64,000 nt of DNA, from NCBI GenBank assembly GCA_030704615.1, contig CM060732.1, positions 53,196,001 to 53,260,000 on the forward strand. Direction: 5' to 3'. The stretch comes from Takakia lepidozioides. Its lineage: Eukaryota > Plantae > Bryophyta. The notes under the pieces are model-generated. The model had not been told where the DNA came from and made no database searches. It saw nothing but the letters and a program-made list of their open reading frames with translations. Positions within the stretch are counted from its first letter, which is position 1, and each line of letters opens with the position of its first letter. Positions 1-12,400 of the stretch are shown here, piece by piece. Both the position numbers and the translations under genes were made by a program.

Positions 1-230
1 ACGGGTCTAATTGCTGGGCAGGTTACACAGAGCAGATTGATGCTTGTGTGAAGGGGTTTCTAGAGGAAGTCTGGAAAGCCCGAACTAATTGTTTATTTGA
101 TGGTATAGTCGCACGACTGGAGTGGGCATCTCACAAAGGTTGTGTTTGTTCCTTCGTGTTCCGCCTAAACTGAGCACGGGGTCTATGGCCAAAAGGCAGA
201 CAACATCTTATGAGCACATTCCTTCACTTT
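1..230 (+). mobile_element. 3' fragment of the RTE-like LINE family, in a GTF3C1 intron
   Basis: Matches 6180-6397 (cacacagcagattgatgcttgtgtgaaggg...ggtctatggcc...acatcttatgagcacatt). Confidence 0.85.
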
Positions 231-474
231 GGAACTCATGCAGCTAAAATAATTTCTTTCTCATTCTTCCTTTTTTTCTCCAGAAAACATACACACAGAG
301 GTAGAAGGAGCTCCTACTGTTTGTCCACAGACAGGTCAATGCACTTAGTCTCCGGCCACTGATACTAAGAATACTCATGCTTCCAGTGGAAATAAACAGT
401 TTCTTCTCTTCTCAGATTAGCATACATACAAAAACACAACTACAGTGTCTCCAAGCTTTTGGATGATGACTTAC

Positions 475-3400
475 TTGTCTAACCCCTCTGACCAGGGAAA
501 CCTTTTTGATCGGGAGGGTTTCAAATTTGTCACAACACTTATATAATTGATGGGATTCTCGTCAGGACCCCTGCCTTCCTCTTCGTCTTCATCACCCTCT
601 TCCTCCTGAAAACCATGGCTGCGGTCCTCTGCATCTCCAGTGTGAAAAGCGTCATTTTCACCTGGACAAAAGTGGAACGGCACCCTGGTGAAGAATCGAT
701 ACCCAAAAAGGTTGATCTCAGCAAAAGCTACCATGAACAGTAAATCTTGTGAAGTCAAGACACAGCAAGGACTGTACTACAGTTTTAAGTTGCTCTTTGC
801 ACAATCAGGTGGATGAAATACATAGGACTCGTATCAAGAGAGAAGATGGAAAGCAAGTGACCATAATAGTTCCTGGCTCATGAAACTACATAGTGAAGGG
901 CCCTTCTGGCGACTACTGCTGAAATGGGCTGCAGCCAAAGTCTGTAATAGCTTTCTGGAGCCAAAATTGTGAAGACAGGTTGACCATTTTACTACAAGGC
1001 TCATGCAGGACAACTCCGGCAGGCTCAGATAGTCGCCGATCATTGAAACTGAGCACAATCTAGCCCCCTTGTGGATAAAAAGAGGGTGAAGAAAGAAACA
1101 TGGACAGACCTAAGGATGCCATTGTTTCCATGGACGCAGACCCAAGCTGCATTTGGCGCTGCCGTTTGTAGGCCTTCACATGGGGAGGTTCAGAGATTGC
1201 TGCAGATGCTACAGCTCGCTTCTTCGAATTAACGTTGGGATTAGGCTTAATACGGTGCCCTCGACTAACAGTAGTCTCATTATCAGTTGTGCCCACATCT
1301 TCTGTCCTTCCCTTCTGCTGAGCTTGAAGACGTGATCTTCGATTCTTCTCATATGACACCCTCAGTACCTGCCAAAAAAGTTCCAAGTAAACTGTTGGTG
1401 TGCAACATGGAATCATGCCATGTGAATCAAACCTCACATACACCAGGATTCGTAGATAATGCACTAAGGGGTACGAGATAGATGGAGTGATATCCTGAGT
1501 ATACAACTCAGTAGAACAAACAGGACAGCTTCCCTTACGCCCAGGAGGGAACAAAACGATAAGATCAGAGTGTTTTTGCCTATCATTCTCCTGGCAAGAA
1601 CCTTGTCTTACCCACTCAATCATCAACAGTTCATATAACTATTTTCATAGCCCACCCTCGACAGGGGAAACTACCCACAAGTAGTAGTGGTTCTTATTTA
1701 CGCTGGCTTTGGCCGGAGTCTACTCTCCCTCTCTCTCTCTACTGAGCGCAGGGTCTATGGCCACAAGGCTACGGCAAACAACGTCTTACGAATACATCTC
1801 TCTCTCCCTGTCCTCTAGGAAGCCTATTGCCATTGGGTGGACTTGATACGGGAGTACATTAATGTCTCTGTGACTAAATCTTGTGACCTCGTGTCTTTGT
1901 TTGTTTCGACCTGAAGCGCTTTGCTCCAGGTAAGGTAGTGCATTGGATTTAGTTGGAAAGCTTGGGGCCTTTCCCTCTTTAGAATATGCCTACACGGGCC
2001 ATTCCCTGCAACTCCCTGGAGTGTGATCTCTGAATGGTAACAAGCACTCCTACCGCTTGGGGGCAGCCCTCCGCCCAAATTGGGCGGTCGTATGCTCTGT
2101 CTAGCATACTCGGCACTTGGGCTGGGGTTGGTTCCTGTGCTTAAACTTATAGCCTGCGACAACAATCAAAATTTTAGCTCCTATCAACATCAACACTCCT
2201 CAGGGTGATTCCTGGGAATTGGTTACTTATGCCAAATCTAGGGCTTCATGTGTAGTTTTTGGGGTGAATCCCAGGATGGACGATGTGTCCTTTAAAACTA
2301 CATGCTCTAGCTTAGGCTTGGATTTCATGGCTAATGGTTCCATCTCGAGACTTGATAACAGGGGTACGTTGAAGGTTGCAATGACCAAAAGTGCTTCTAA
2401 TAGAGTCCCACATCAATTCAATCTCAAAGAAGTTCGTCCCTTGACTGGCTGGAGAGCGGTCTTAGACATTGGTGATTCAACGGGACGCTCTAGGAAGACA
2501 ACCAAGGGCAAGGACTTCAACTTGAGAGTTTCTAAATCGGTTTGATGCTCTGGATGAGGTTGAATCCAAACAGCCAGAAGGACAAGATGCCCCTAAGTGT
2601 ACGGAACCTGAACGTCCTGAATCTGAAGGATTTGGTACTCTGAATGGTTTACCAATCCTCAAGGTTTACACAAGACCAGCAAATTCTATACACGGGGTAA
2701 TTGTCGTCAGATGGACAATCTGTCCCTAAGTGTGCAGAGCCTGAACGTCGTGTAACTGAAGGATTTGGTACTCTGAATGGTTTACCAATCCTCAAAGTCT
2801 ACACAAGACGAGTAAAATCTATACACGGCCCAAGCAGTCAGACGGACAATCTGTCCCTAAGTGTGCGGAGCCTGTACGTCGTGTAACTGAAGGATTTGGT
2901 ACCCTGAATGGTTTACCAATTCTCAAAGTTTACACAAGACGAGCAAAATCTACACACGGGGTAACTGTCACCCCTTTGCAGAACGGTTGGCCGTCCAGGA
3001 GCAATCACAAGCTACCTAGACGACAAACAATTCATATGCAAAGGGCTGGCTTGCGGCTGGGTACTTTCAATTTCTCAGGGCTGACTAACCAAAGGAAACA
3101 CCTCGAAGTGGCACAAGTTCTTCAGGCCAATAACATTCATATTTGTGCTGGTCAGGAGACATGGGAAACTCCGGATAAATTGGTTGGAGATGTCAATGGG
3201 TATAAATGGACGAATAAGATGTGTACTCTCAAGGCAGCCTCTGCCAAACGCGGCCAAAAAGGGGTTGGATTCTTTGTCCGCGATTTCTTGTTTGATAATT
3301 TTGAAATTATCAACAAGGGTTTGAGGTATGAGCATAGTATCTGGCTAAAACTGAATCTGAAGGGCGTGAATACGAAGGACCTCTTTGTGGGTTGTATATA

Positions 3401-6400
3401 CATGCCCACAGAGGGGACCCTTAGTGTTGACGCAGACAAAGCCTTCGAAGATGTAAAGCTGGACTGTGCTTCGTTCCTTGCCAAAGGTCAGGTGGTTCTA
3501 TTGGGTGACTTCAATGAAGATCTGTCCGGTAGGGGTGCCCACTGGCCCCATTTTATTTTTTTGGGTGGTGGCTGACACCTTGGGTTACCTGCTGGATCAC
3601 AACCAAAACATCAGGGGCCTCAGGATCACTAACTACATTACACGACCTAGCCGCAAAGGTCTCCATCAGGACGATATCATTGGGCCTTTTGGTGAGGACA
3701 AGCTGAATTCTAATGGCAGACGGTTAATTAACTGTCTGGAAGAGCTTCAGCTTTTGACCTTGAATAACAGGACAAGAGGTGACCAAGTGCAGTGGACTCG
3801 TGAGAAATCCCAAACTGGAGAACGTTCCATTGTGGACTATATCATAATGGACAAAAATTTGTTTCCCCAGTGTGCCAATGTGTTGGTCGACAGAACTGAT
3901 ATTGGTACCTCTGACCACTTCCTGGTTTGGACTGAGATCAAAAGGTGTTTTCCCAACACCAAGAGATCTGTGAAGTGGCGCATAGAAAAATTCCATAATG
4001 AGGAGGTCAAGGCTGAGTATGTCCAGGCCTTGCAAGAGGCTCTCCCTCATTTTGTCCAATCGCTCCAAGAACTTCAGTCTCGCTCTGACAATGCAAGAAA
4101 TGTTTCAAAGGTTTTGACAATGTCAACCGATGAAGTCACCACTGCACCTTTAGTAGTCTTCAGCGCTTGTACTACTACAGTATCCTTGGCAGAACTTCTA
4201 GGTCTAACAGTGAGGGGTCTTCTGCTGAATGGAGGGACACAGTTGGAAAAACTGTTCCTATGATTCAAAACAGCCCTGATGAACTGGAGTATATTTCAAT
4301 GGCTTATAACGCTCCCATTAGTTCTTCTGAGATTGTGGAAGCAATTGAATATTTAAATGGATATAAAGCTGGTGGACCTGATGGTATTGTCAACGAGCTT
4401 ATCCAGCACGGTGGCGATCCCATGATAGAGGCCCTAGTTCTCCTCTTCAACCTTATCTGGAAGACTGAAATGATCCCCTTTCGCTGGCGACAGGGGGTCA
4501 TTGTCAATCTATACTCTGTCTCAGGGTGACAGAGAAGAACCGGGGAACTACCGTGGCATCACGCTCCTCAATGCTGTTGGTAAGACATTCTGCAGAGTTA
4601 TAAGTACTCGTCTCGAGGCTGATCTGGAGTCTAGAGGTTGTTTCCACGAAGGCCAAGCTGGCTTTCGGCAAAACAGGGGCTGTGTGGATCATATCTTCAC
4701 TCTAAGCCAGATTATCCAGGGAAAGAAAAAAGAAGGGAAACCCACTTATGTTTTTTTCCTGGATGTCAAAAAGGCTTATGACACAGTGTGGAGAGATGGC
4801 CTATGGTTCCGCCTCTGGTCTTGTGGGATCAAGGGAAAGATGTGGAGAGTTGTCCACAACTTGTATGCTCACACCAAAAGCTGTGTCACTGTTAACGGAC
4901 AGAAGTCCAACTTCTTTGACATAGACCAAGGTGTAGCTCAAGGATGTACTCTCTCCCCTCTGCTCTTCAATGTTTTCATCAATCAACTCCTCGAGGATGT
5001 GGAAAGTGAGGGATTTGGGTTAAGGGTGGGTGATACCACCATACCAGCCCTTATGTTTGCGGATGACTTCGCAGGCATAGGGGAGACTCCGACCAATCTC
5101 CAGGAGTTGATTGATTGCGCGAAGAGATACTTTGATCTTTGGGGGCTAGAGGCTAATGTCAGCAAATGTGCAGTGGTAGCATTCAACGACAGAGGAGAGG
5201 GAGGAAGTGATCTTAAGTGGCAGTGGGGTAGCCAAGAGATCCCAGTCCTCCCTTCCTACACTTACCTGAAATTGAGTTTTCCTCCAATTGTAATTGGGAT
5301 GCACATATCCGGAAAGTTGTTCAAACTGGCAAGGGCAAAGCTCTGGGGCTCACTAAATTTTTCCACTGCAGAGGGGTCAACTCTGAGGTTAAGAAAACCA
5401 TGCTTTGTCGCGTTATTAGACCTGCCTTGGAGTACGGATCTGCAATATGGGTTGATAACTCCAACCAAGCTAAGTCTCTAGAATCCATTCAAGTGGGGGT
5501 GCTTACGGAGTGCATGTCGGCATGCTCCAAAACAGCCAATGTGGCTGTTCGGGGTGAGTTTAGCATTCCGTCTGTAAGCTCCCGACGAGATGAATTCAAG
5601 GTCAGATGGTGGGGTCAGCTGCAACATATGTCCAACACCAGATATCCTAAGTTAATCGATTCTATATCTTGGAAACAGGACCGCCCTGTCAAACAGGCTA
5701 AGTCCTGGCAGAAGAGAGTAGAAGAGATTCTCAAGGACCTGGACCTGGAACCGCAAGTATTGACCCTGCTGGCTAAATCTGACTTAGAGGCTGTAGTGTC
5801 CAAAGCCATGAGATTGTCTGATGAAAATGAAGTTAGGCAGAAAACTTCCCTGAACTTGTTTCCAGTCAGTGACATGGGGAGGACATCTTGGATGACCTCA
5901 AGGGTCTACCCACTCTCGGCACTAGACTGAAATTTAAACTCAGGGCAGGAAGCCTACCTTTGAACAGCAAACAGAAGCAGCGAGGAAAGGGAGAGTGCAA
6001 TTGCCCGTTGTGTGGGCAATCTGAAGACAGTACTCATTTTCTGATACACTGTCCGGGGTTCTCTCACCAAAGAGACGCTCTCTTCAAATCTCTCAAGGGA
6101 ATTGTGCCTGTACCTCTGTTTACCAACTTTGAAAGTCTCGAGGCTGAGCCAAAAGCCCAGGCCCTCCTGAGGCCTAGTTATTGGGCAAATCACACACAGC
6201 AGATTGATGCTTGTGTGAAGGGATTTCTAGAGGATATCTGGAAAACCCGGATTAATTCTATATATGAAGGTAAGTCTTACTACCAACGTCAGCCCCTGAC
6301 AGAGGTAGGTTCTGTCCCTTTTGTTTCCGCTCAAACTGGGCGCGGGGTCAATGGCCACAAGGCTACGGCAAACAACGTCTTATGAGTACATTCTCTCGCT

Positions 6401-9400
6401 GGCTTTCGGCGAAACAGGGGCTGCGTGGATCATATCTTCACACTCAGCCAGATTATCCAGGGAAGGAAAAATGAAGGGAAACCCACTTATGTCTTTTTCC
6501 TGGATGTCAAAAAGGCCTATGACACTGTGTGGAGAGACGGTCTATAGCTCCGACTCTGGTCTTCCGGGATCAATGGAAAGATGTGGAGAATGGTCCATAA
6601 CTTGTATGCTCACACTAAAAGCTGTGTCACTGTTAACGGACAGAAGTTTAATTTCTTTGACATAGACCAAGGTATAGCTCAAGGATGTACCCTCTCCCCT
6701 CTGCTCTTCAATGTTTTCATCAATCAACTACTGGAGGATGTGGAAAGTGAGGGATTTGGGTTAAGGGTGGGTAATGCCACCATACCAGCCCTTATGTTTG
6801 CGGATGACTTCGCAGGCAAAGGGGAGACTCCTTCCAACCTCCAGGGGCTGATAGATTGCGCGAAGAGATACTTTGATCTTTGGGTGCTACAGGCCAATGT
6901 CAGTAAATGCGCAGTGGTGGCATTCAACGACCGGGGGGAAGGAGGAGGCGATCTCAAGTGGCAGTGGGGAAGCCAAGAGATCCCTGTTCTCCCCTCCTAC
7001 ACCTACCTTGGCGTTGAGTTTTCCTCCAACTGTAATTGGGAAGCACATATTCAAAGAGTGGTTCAATCTGGCAAACGCAAAGCGCTGGGTCTCCCTAAAT
7101 TTTTCCACTGCAGAGGGATCAACTCTGAAGTCAAAAGAACCATGCTTTGCCGCATTATCAGGCCGGCCTTGGAGTATGCATCTGCTGTATGGGTTGATAC
7201 CTCCAACCAGGCTAAGTCTCTTGAATCCATCCAGGTCGGGGTGCTCAAGGAGTGCATGTCAGCATGCTCCAAAACAGCTAATGTGGCTGTTCGGGGTGGG
7301 TTTGGCATTCCTCCCTTAAGCTCCCAACGCGATGAATTCAAAATCAGATGGTGGGGTCAGCTGCAACGTATGGCTAATACCAGATATCCTAAGTTAATCG
7401 ACTCTATATCTTGGAAGCAGGACCACCCTGTCAAACAGGCTAAATCCTGGCGGAAAAGGGTAGAAGAGATTTTCAAGGATCTGAATCTTAGTCCACTAGC
7501 CATGACCCTGCTGGATAAATCTGGCTTAGAAGCTGAAGTTTCCGAAGCCATGTCTATTGCCAGGAAATTGTCTGAAGAAAATGAAGTTAGGCAGAAAACT
7601 TCCCTGAACCTGTTTCCAGTCTGTGACATGGGTGAGGACGTCATGGATGACCTCAAGGGTCTACCCACCCTCGGCACTAGACTGAAATTCAAACTCAGGG
7701 CGGGTAGCCTACCTTTGAACAACAAACAGTCGCAGAGAGGAAGGGGGATGTAAGTCCCCGTTGTGTGGGCAACCTGAAGACAATATTCACTTCCTGATTC
7801 ATTGTCCTGGGTAGTCTCACCAACGGGACACCCTCTTCAATTCCATCAAGGAAATTGTGCCTGTACCTCTGTGTAACAACTTTGAAAATCTTGAGGCTGA
7901 GCCAAAAGCCCAGGCCCTTTTGGGGTCTAGCTATTGGGCAAATCACACACATCAGATTGATGCTTGTGTGAAGGGATTTCTGGAGGATATCTGGAAGTCT
8001 CGGATCAACTGTTTATTCCAAGGCAAATCATACTACCGGCGTCAGCCCCTGACAAAGGTAGTTTCTGTCCCTTTATGTTCCGCTCAAACTGGGCGCGGGT
8101 CAATGGCCACAAGGCTACGGCAAACAATGTCTTATGAGTACATTCTCTCTCTCTCTCGATAAGTCTTACTGCCGGCGTCAGCCCCCTGACAAAGGTAGGT
8201 TCTGTCCCTTTGTGTTCCGCTCAAACTGGGTGCGGGGTCAATGGCCACAAGGCCACGGCAAACAACGTTTTATGAGTACGTTCTCTCTCTCTCTCTCGCC
8301 TTTCTCTTGATGGTGGATAAGTTTTTGGTAACACCACTCAAGTATCACCTAATCCCATTAGTCCATTAGCCTTCAGAACGGGATAATGGGAAACGGGTTA
8401 GGATTCTCCCTGGGTCCTAACCTAAAGCGTCAGAACCCTATATAGTTCGAAAACCTGGCTGCTCTTCTCATTTGGAAGATGAGCTGAAGAATTCTCAAAT
8501 GTTGGTTGCACTGAAGGAAGATGTTAGGATCTGATCACCAGTGGCAGCCTTGCCATTTGCTGATCCTTTTCACAAGAATACACCTACGGTATCTCTTCGT
8601 ACCTACCTTGAAATAGGTAGATGGCTGCATGAAGTCACTTTGACACTATGACCTCCTAGGGGCACAAGTATGAGCTTTTTGACTCCACAGAACTGCTTTA
8701 AAGAACCAATCCCCTAATTGCTGAGCTATGGCTTGTCTCATAGTGCAATTTTGCCTTCCACATGGACTCTAATAGAAGACTTCCGCTCAAACTGGCGGGG
8801 TCAATGGCCACAAGGCTACGGGAAACAACGTCTTATGAGTACATTCTAATAGAAGACTTATAGCATCAACCTTAGAAGGCTTCTAATCTACTTATGGAAA
8901 CTAAGAAGGACCTTATGATCAAAGCCCGCATAATCACAAACCTGAGTTTTGCATGGAAATAAGTGTTAAATTTGAAGGAGCAGGATCATGTCCAGATGTA
9001 TGATGTCGTCAAACAAAACAGGACTAGATCCAAATGATCCAGGACGGGACAAGTCTTGACATGACTAAATCATACTCTCTCTACCTAAGTAAGTCCCACT
9101 ACCAGAGTGAGCCCCTCACAAAGGTAGTATCTGTTCCCTCTGTTTCCATACAAACTGTGCACAAGGTCTATGGCCATAAGGCTACAGCAAATGACGTCTT
9201 ATAAGTACGTTCTCTCTCCCACTCTATCTCTCTCTCTCTATCTCTCTCTCTCATCCCCTCACAAGCCCAGGCCCTCCTGAGGCCTAGTTTTTGGGCAAAT
9301 CACACACAGCAGATTGATGCTTGTGTGAAGGGATTTCTAGAGGATATCTGGAAAACCCGGATTAATTCTTTATATGGAGGTAAGTCTTACTACCAACGTC

Positions 9401-12400
9401 AGCCCCTGACAGAGGTAGGTTCTGTCCCTTTTGTTCCCGCTCAAACTGGGCGCGGGGTCAATGGCCACAAGGCTACGGCAAACAACGTCTTATGAGTACA
9501 ATCTCTCTCTCTATCTATTTCATTTCATTTCATTTCTCTCTCTCTCCCTTTCTCTTTAGTACTGGGTTGCACAAAAGAAGGTACAACTATTCATAAGAGC
9601 AACTAAGCAAATAAGACTGCTACCTGTTCCAGAGAAAGGTTGAGGTCCTTTGCTATGGCAGCACACTCTGATGGAAGCATTCTGCGATCAATGCCCCCTG
9701 CCTCCACGCGCTTCATGAGCTCCGTGCGTTGTTCCAAACTCATCAATCGTAGTGAAGTCCATGAGCGCAAGCCAAACAGCTTGATACACAAAGAAGTAAC
9801 AATCAGTAACTGTAATTCAGGTAGAATCGATTAGCAGTCAGCGCAGATGATGGCACCATAGTGACACCAGGAAAAATTCATTAATTTATGTGGAAACCCG
9901 CTGTGAATAATTCCACGGGCCAGTTGTAAGGCTGTAAGGAGGAGATCTCTGTCCTCTAAAACCCAAAGACAGAAGGACAGAGAAGAAGAAATACATGACG
10001 CTTATGGACAGAGAGGAAGAAGAAATCTATGATCTCCATGAGAGGCCCAGAGGACCCATCGAACACAGAAGAACAAAAATGAAGGAAAATTACACAAATT
10101 TTGTCTCCCAGAGGTACAAAAAGAAATGAAATGAAATGGTGCTTTATCTCCCAGAGGTACAAAGAGAGAGAGGAAGAAAGAGCTTTTGTAACATACACAG
10201 GGGGCCTGCCCGCCTGGGGCATAAACCAGAACAACAGGAAAAATCACATCAAAGACATCCACAAAAAGAGAGAATGTACTCATAAGCCTTTGTTAGCATT
10301 GCCATAGACCCCACCCCAGTTTGGACAGAAACATAAGGAATAGGCACTACCTTTGTGACGGGCTCCCTCCAGTAGTGTGACTTACCTTGATATAAACAAT
10401 TACTTTGGGCTTTCCAGATATCCTCTAGAAAGCCCTTCACACTAGCATGTGTGTGAGCAGCCCAAACGTCACATCCCAAGAGGGCCAGGGCTTTAGATTC
10501 AGCCTTGAGATTTTGAAAGTTGGTGAACAAAGGTGCAGGAACCATGTTCTCGATGTTCCTGAAGAGGGTCACTCTCTAGTGAGGATACCCCGAACAACGT
10601 ATCAGAAAATGGATATAATATTCAGGTTGCAGGCACATCAGGCAATTACAATCTCCTTTCCCTCTCTGCATCTGTTTATTGTTCAAATGTAGGTTCCCTG
10701 CCCTGAGTTTAAATTTCAGTCAAGTGCCGAGGGTAGTAGGCCCTTCAGATCATCCTTAAGGTCCTTGCATTCAGGGAAGTTTTATGCCTAACTTCATTTT
10801 CATCGGACAGTCTTTGGGCATCAGACATGGCTTAGGACACAACCGCCTCCAGGTCAGTTTCATCCAGTAGGCTCAATTCTTTTGGACTAATATTCAGATA
10901 CTTGAAAATCTCTTCTACCCTTTTCCACCAAGACTATTTAACAGGACGGTCTTGCTTCCATGAAATAGAGTCGGTTATCTAAGGGCATAATCCATGCAAT
11001 TCAACTGACCACACTATCTGACCTTGAATTCATCACGTCGAGAGCTCAAGGGAGGTTATGCCCAACTCATCCCAAACAGCCACATTAGCAGCTCTAGAGC
11101 ACACTAACATGCTTTCTTTGGGAACCACGACCTGAATGGATTCTAGAGATATAGCATGCTTGGAGTTGTCCGCCCACACAGCAGATGCGTACTCCAAGGC
11201 AGGCCTAATAACGTTGCAAAGCAAGGTCCATTTAACTTCAGTATTAATCCCTCTGCAGCGGAAAAATCTAGTGAGTTCCAAAGCTCTGTGTTTAGCTGAT
11301 GAATCACTTTTTGTATACCGTACCTGCCTACAAGTAGAAGGGGAAGTAGAAGAGATGTTCTTCAATTTCAATGTTGTTCCCAGCGCAAGCCGGGCAAGTG
11401 GGTCTCCACGTTGCAGGTTTTCACATCTACGAGAGAGAGAGAGACATGATAAAGAAATATGCCCAGGAGTTAGAGCACAACAGGGCCAGGGATGTAGCCG
11501 CGAGACTTTGAAAGATGGTGAACAGAGGTGCAGGGCCTATGGTCTTGACGTACCTGAAAATGGTTGTTCTCACCCCAGACATTGTATCAAAAAATGGAGA
11601 GGACCTTCAGGCTAGAGAGAGAATAGTATTCGTAAGGCATGGTTTGCCGTAGCCTTGTGGCCAGTAGTCTAGAGAGAGACAGAGAGAATGTACTCATAAG
11701 ACGTTGTTTGCCGTAGCCTAGAGAGACAGAGAGAGACAGAGAGAGACAGAGATAGGGCTTGTCTTGTCATGACAAGAAAGGATCTGTCAAGACTTGACCA
11801 GCTCAGAAAGTTTTTTTTAAAAGAAACAAGACAAAACAGCCTTGCATTGCAAGGCACCATCACCCTTCTCCTAAACACACAGGCTTGCTCCTGATTTGTT
11901 TCACAATTGTGGGTGATTGGGGTGCGTGGTGGGGTTTGTTAGAAACCCTTCAAAATCCCCCACTTTTCTTCATAGTGACAGACATCATACTGAACAATAT
12001 TCGTATTCACTGTACTGTCACACTGGGATTTCCAGAAAGCCGAAATTTGTGCTTTTTAGCATGTCAATGATCTCCAAGTCAGCCTTAACCTTTACTTAAG
12101 CAAACAAGTGCTTTAAGTATGGAGATCTCTGCCACGACATATGTCTGAGCATAGTATTTATCTACAAGGATAATTCAGTCTCATCGAAGTAATGTCAAAA
12201 CGAATACTTCCCTGAAAATCACACGTCTCAAAACTGAGATAAAACCAAGTCTTCCACCATAGCCCAAAAGGGGTGTACTTCCACCTTCAGAGCCTTCTGG
12301 TAACAGATCCCAAGGGCAGATTACTTCCGTAAAATACTTCCCTCAAGGAAACCTGAGGCTGGCGTCAAGCGCTGTGCCATTCTGCTTAGGCAATGGCTGC

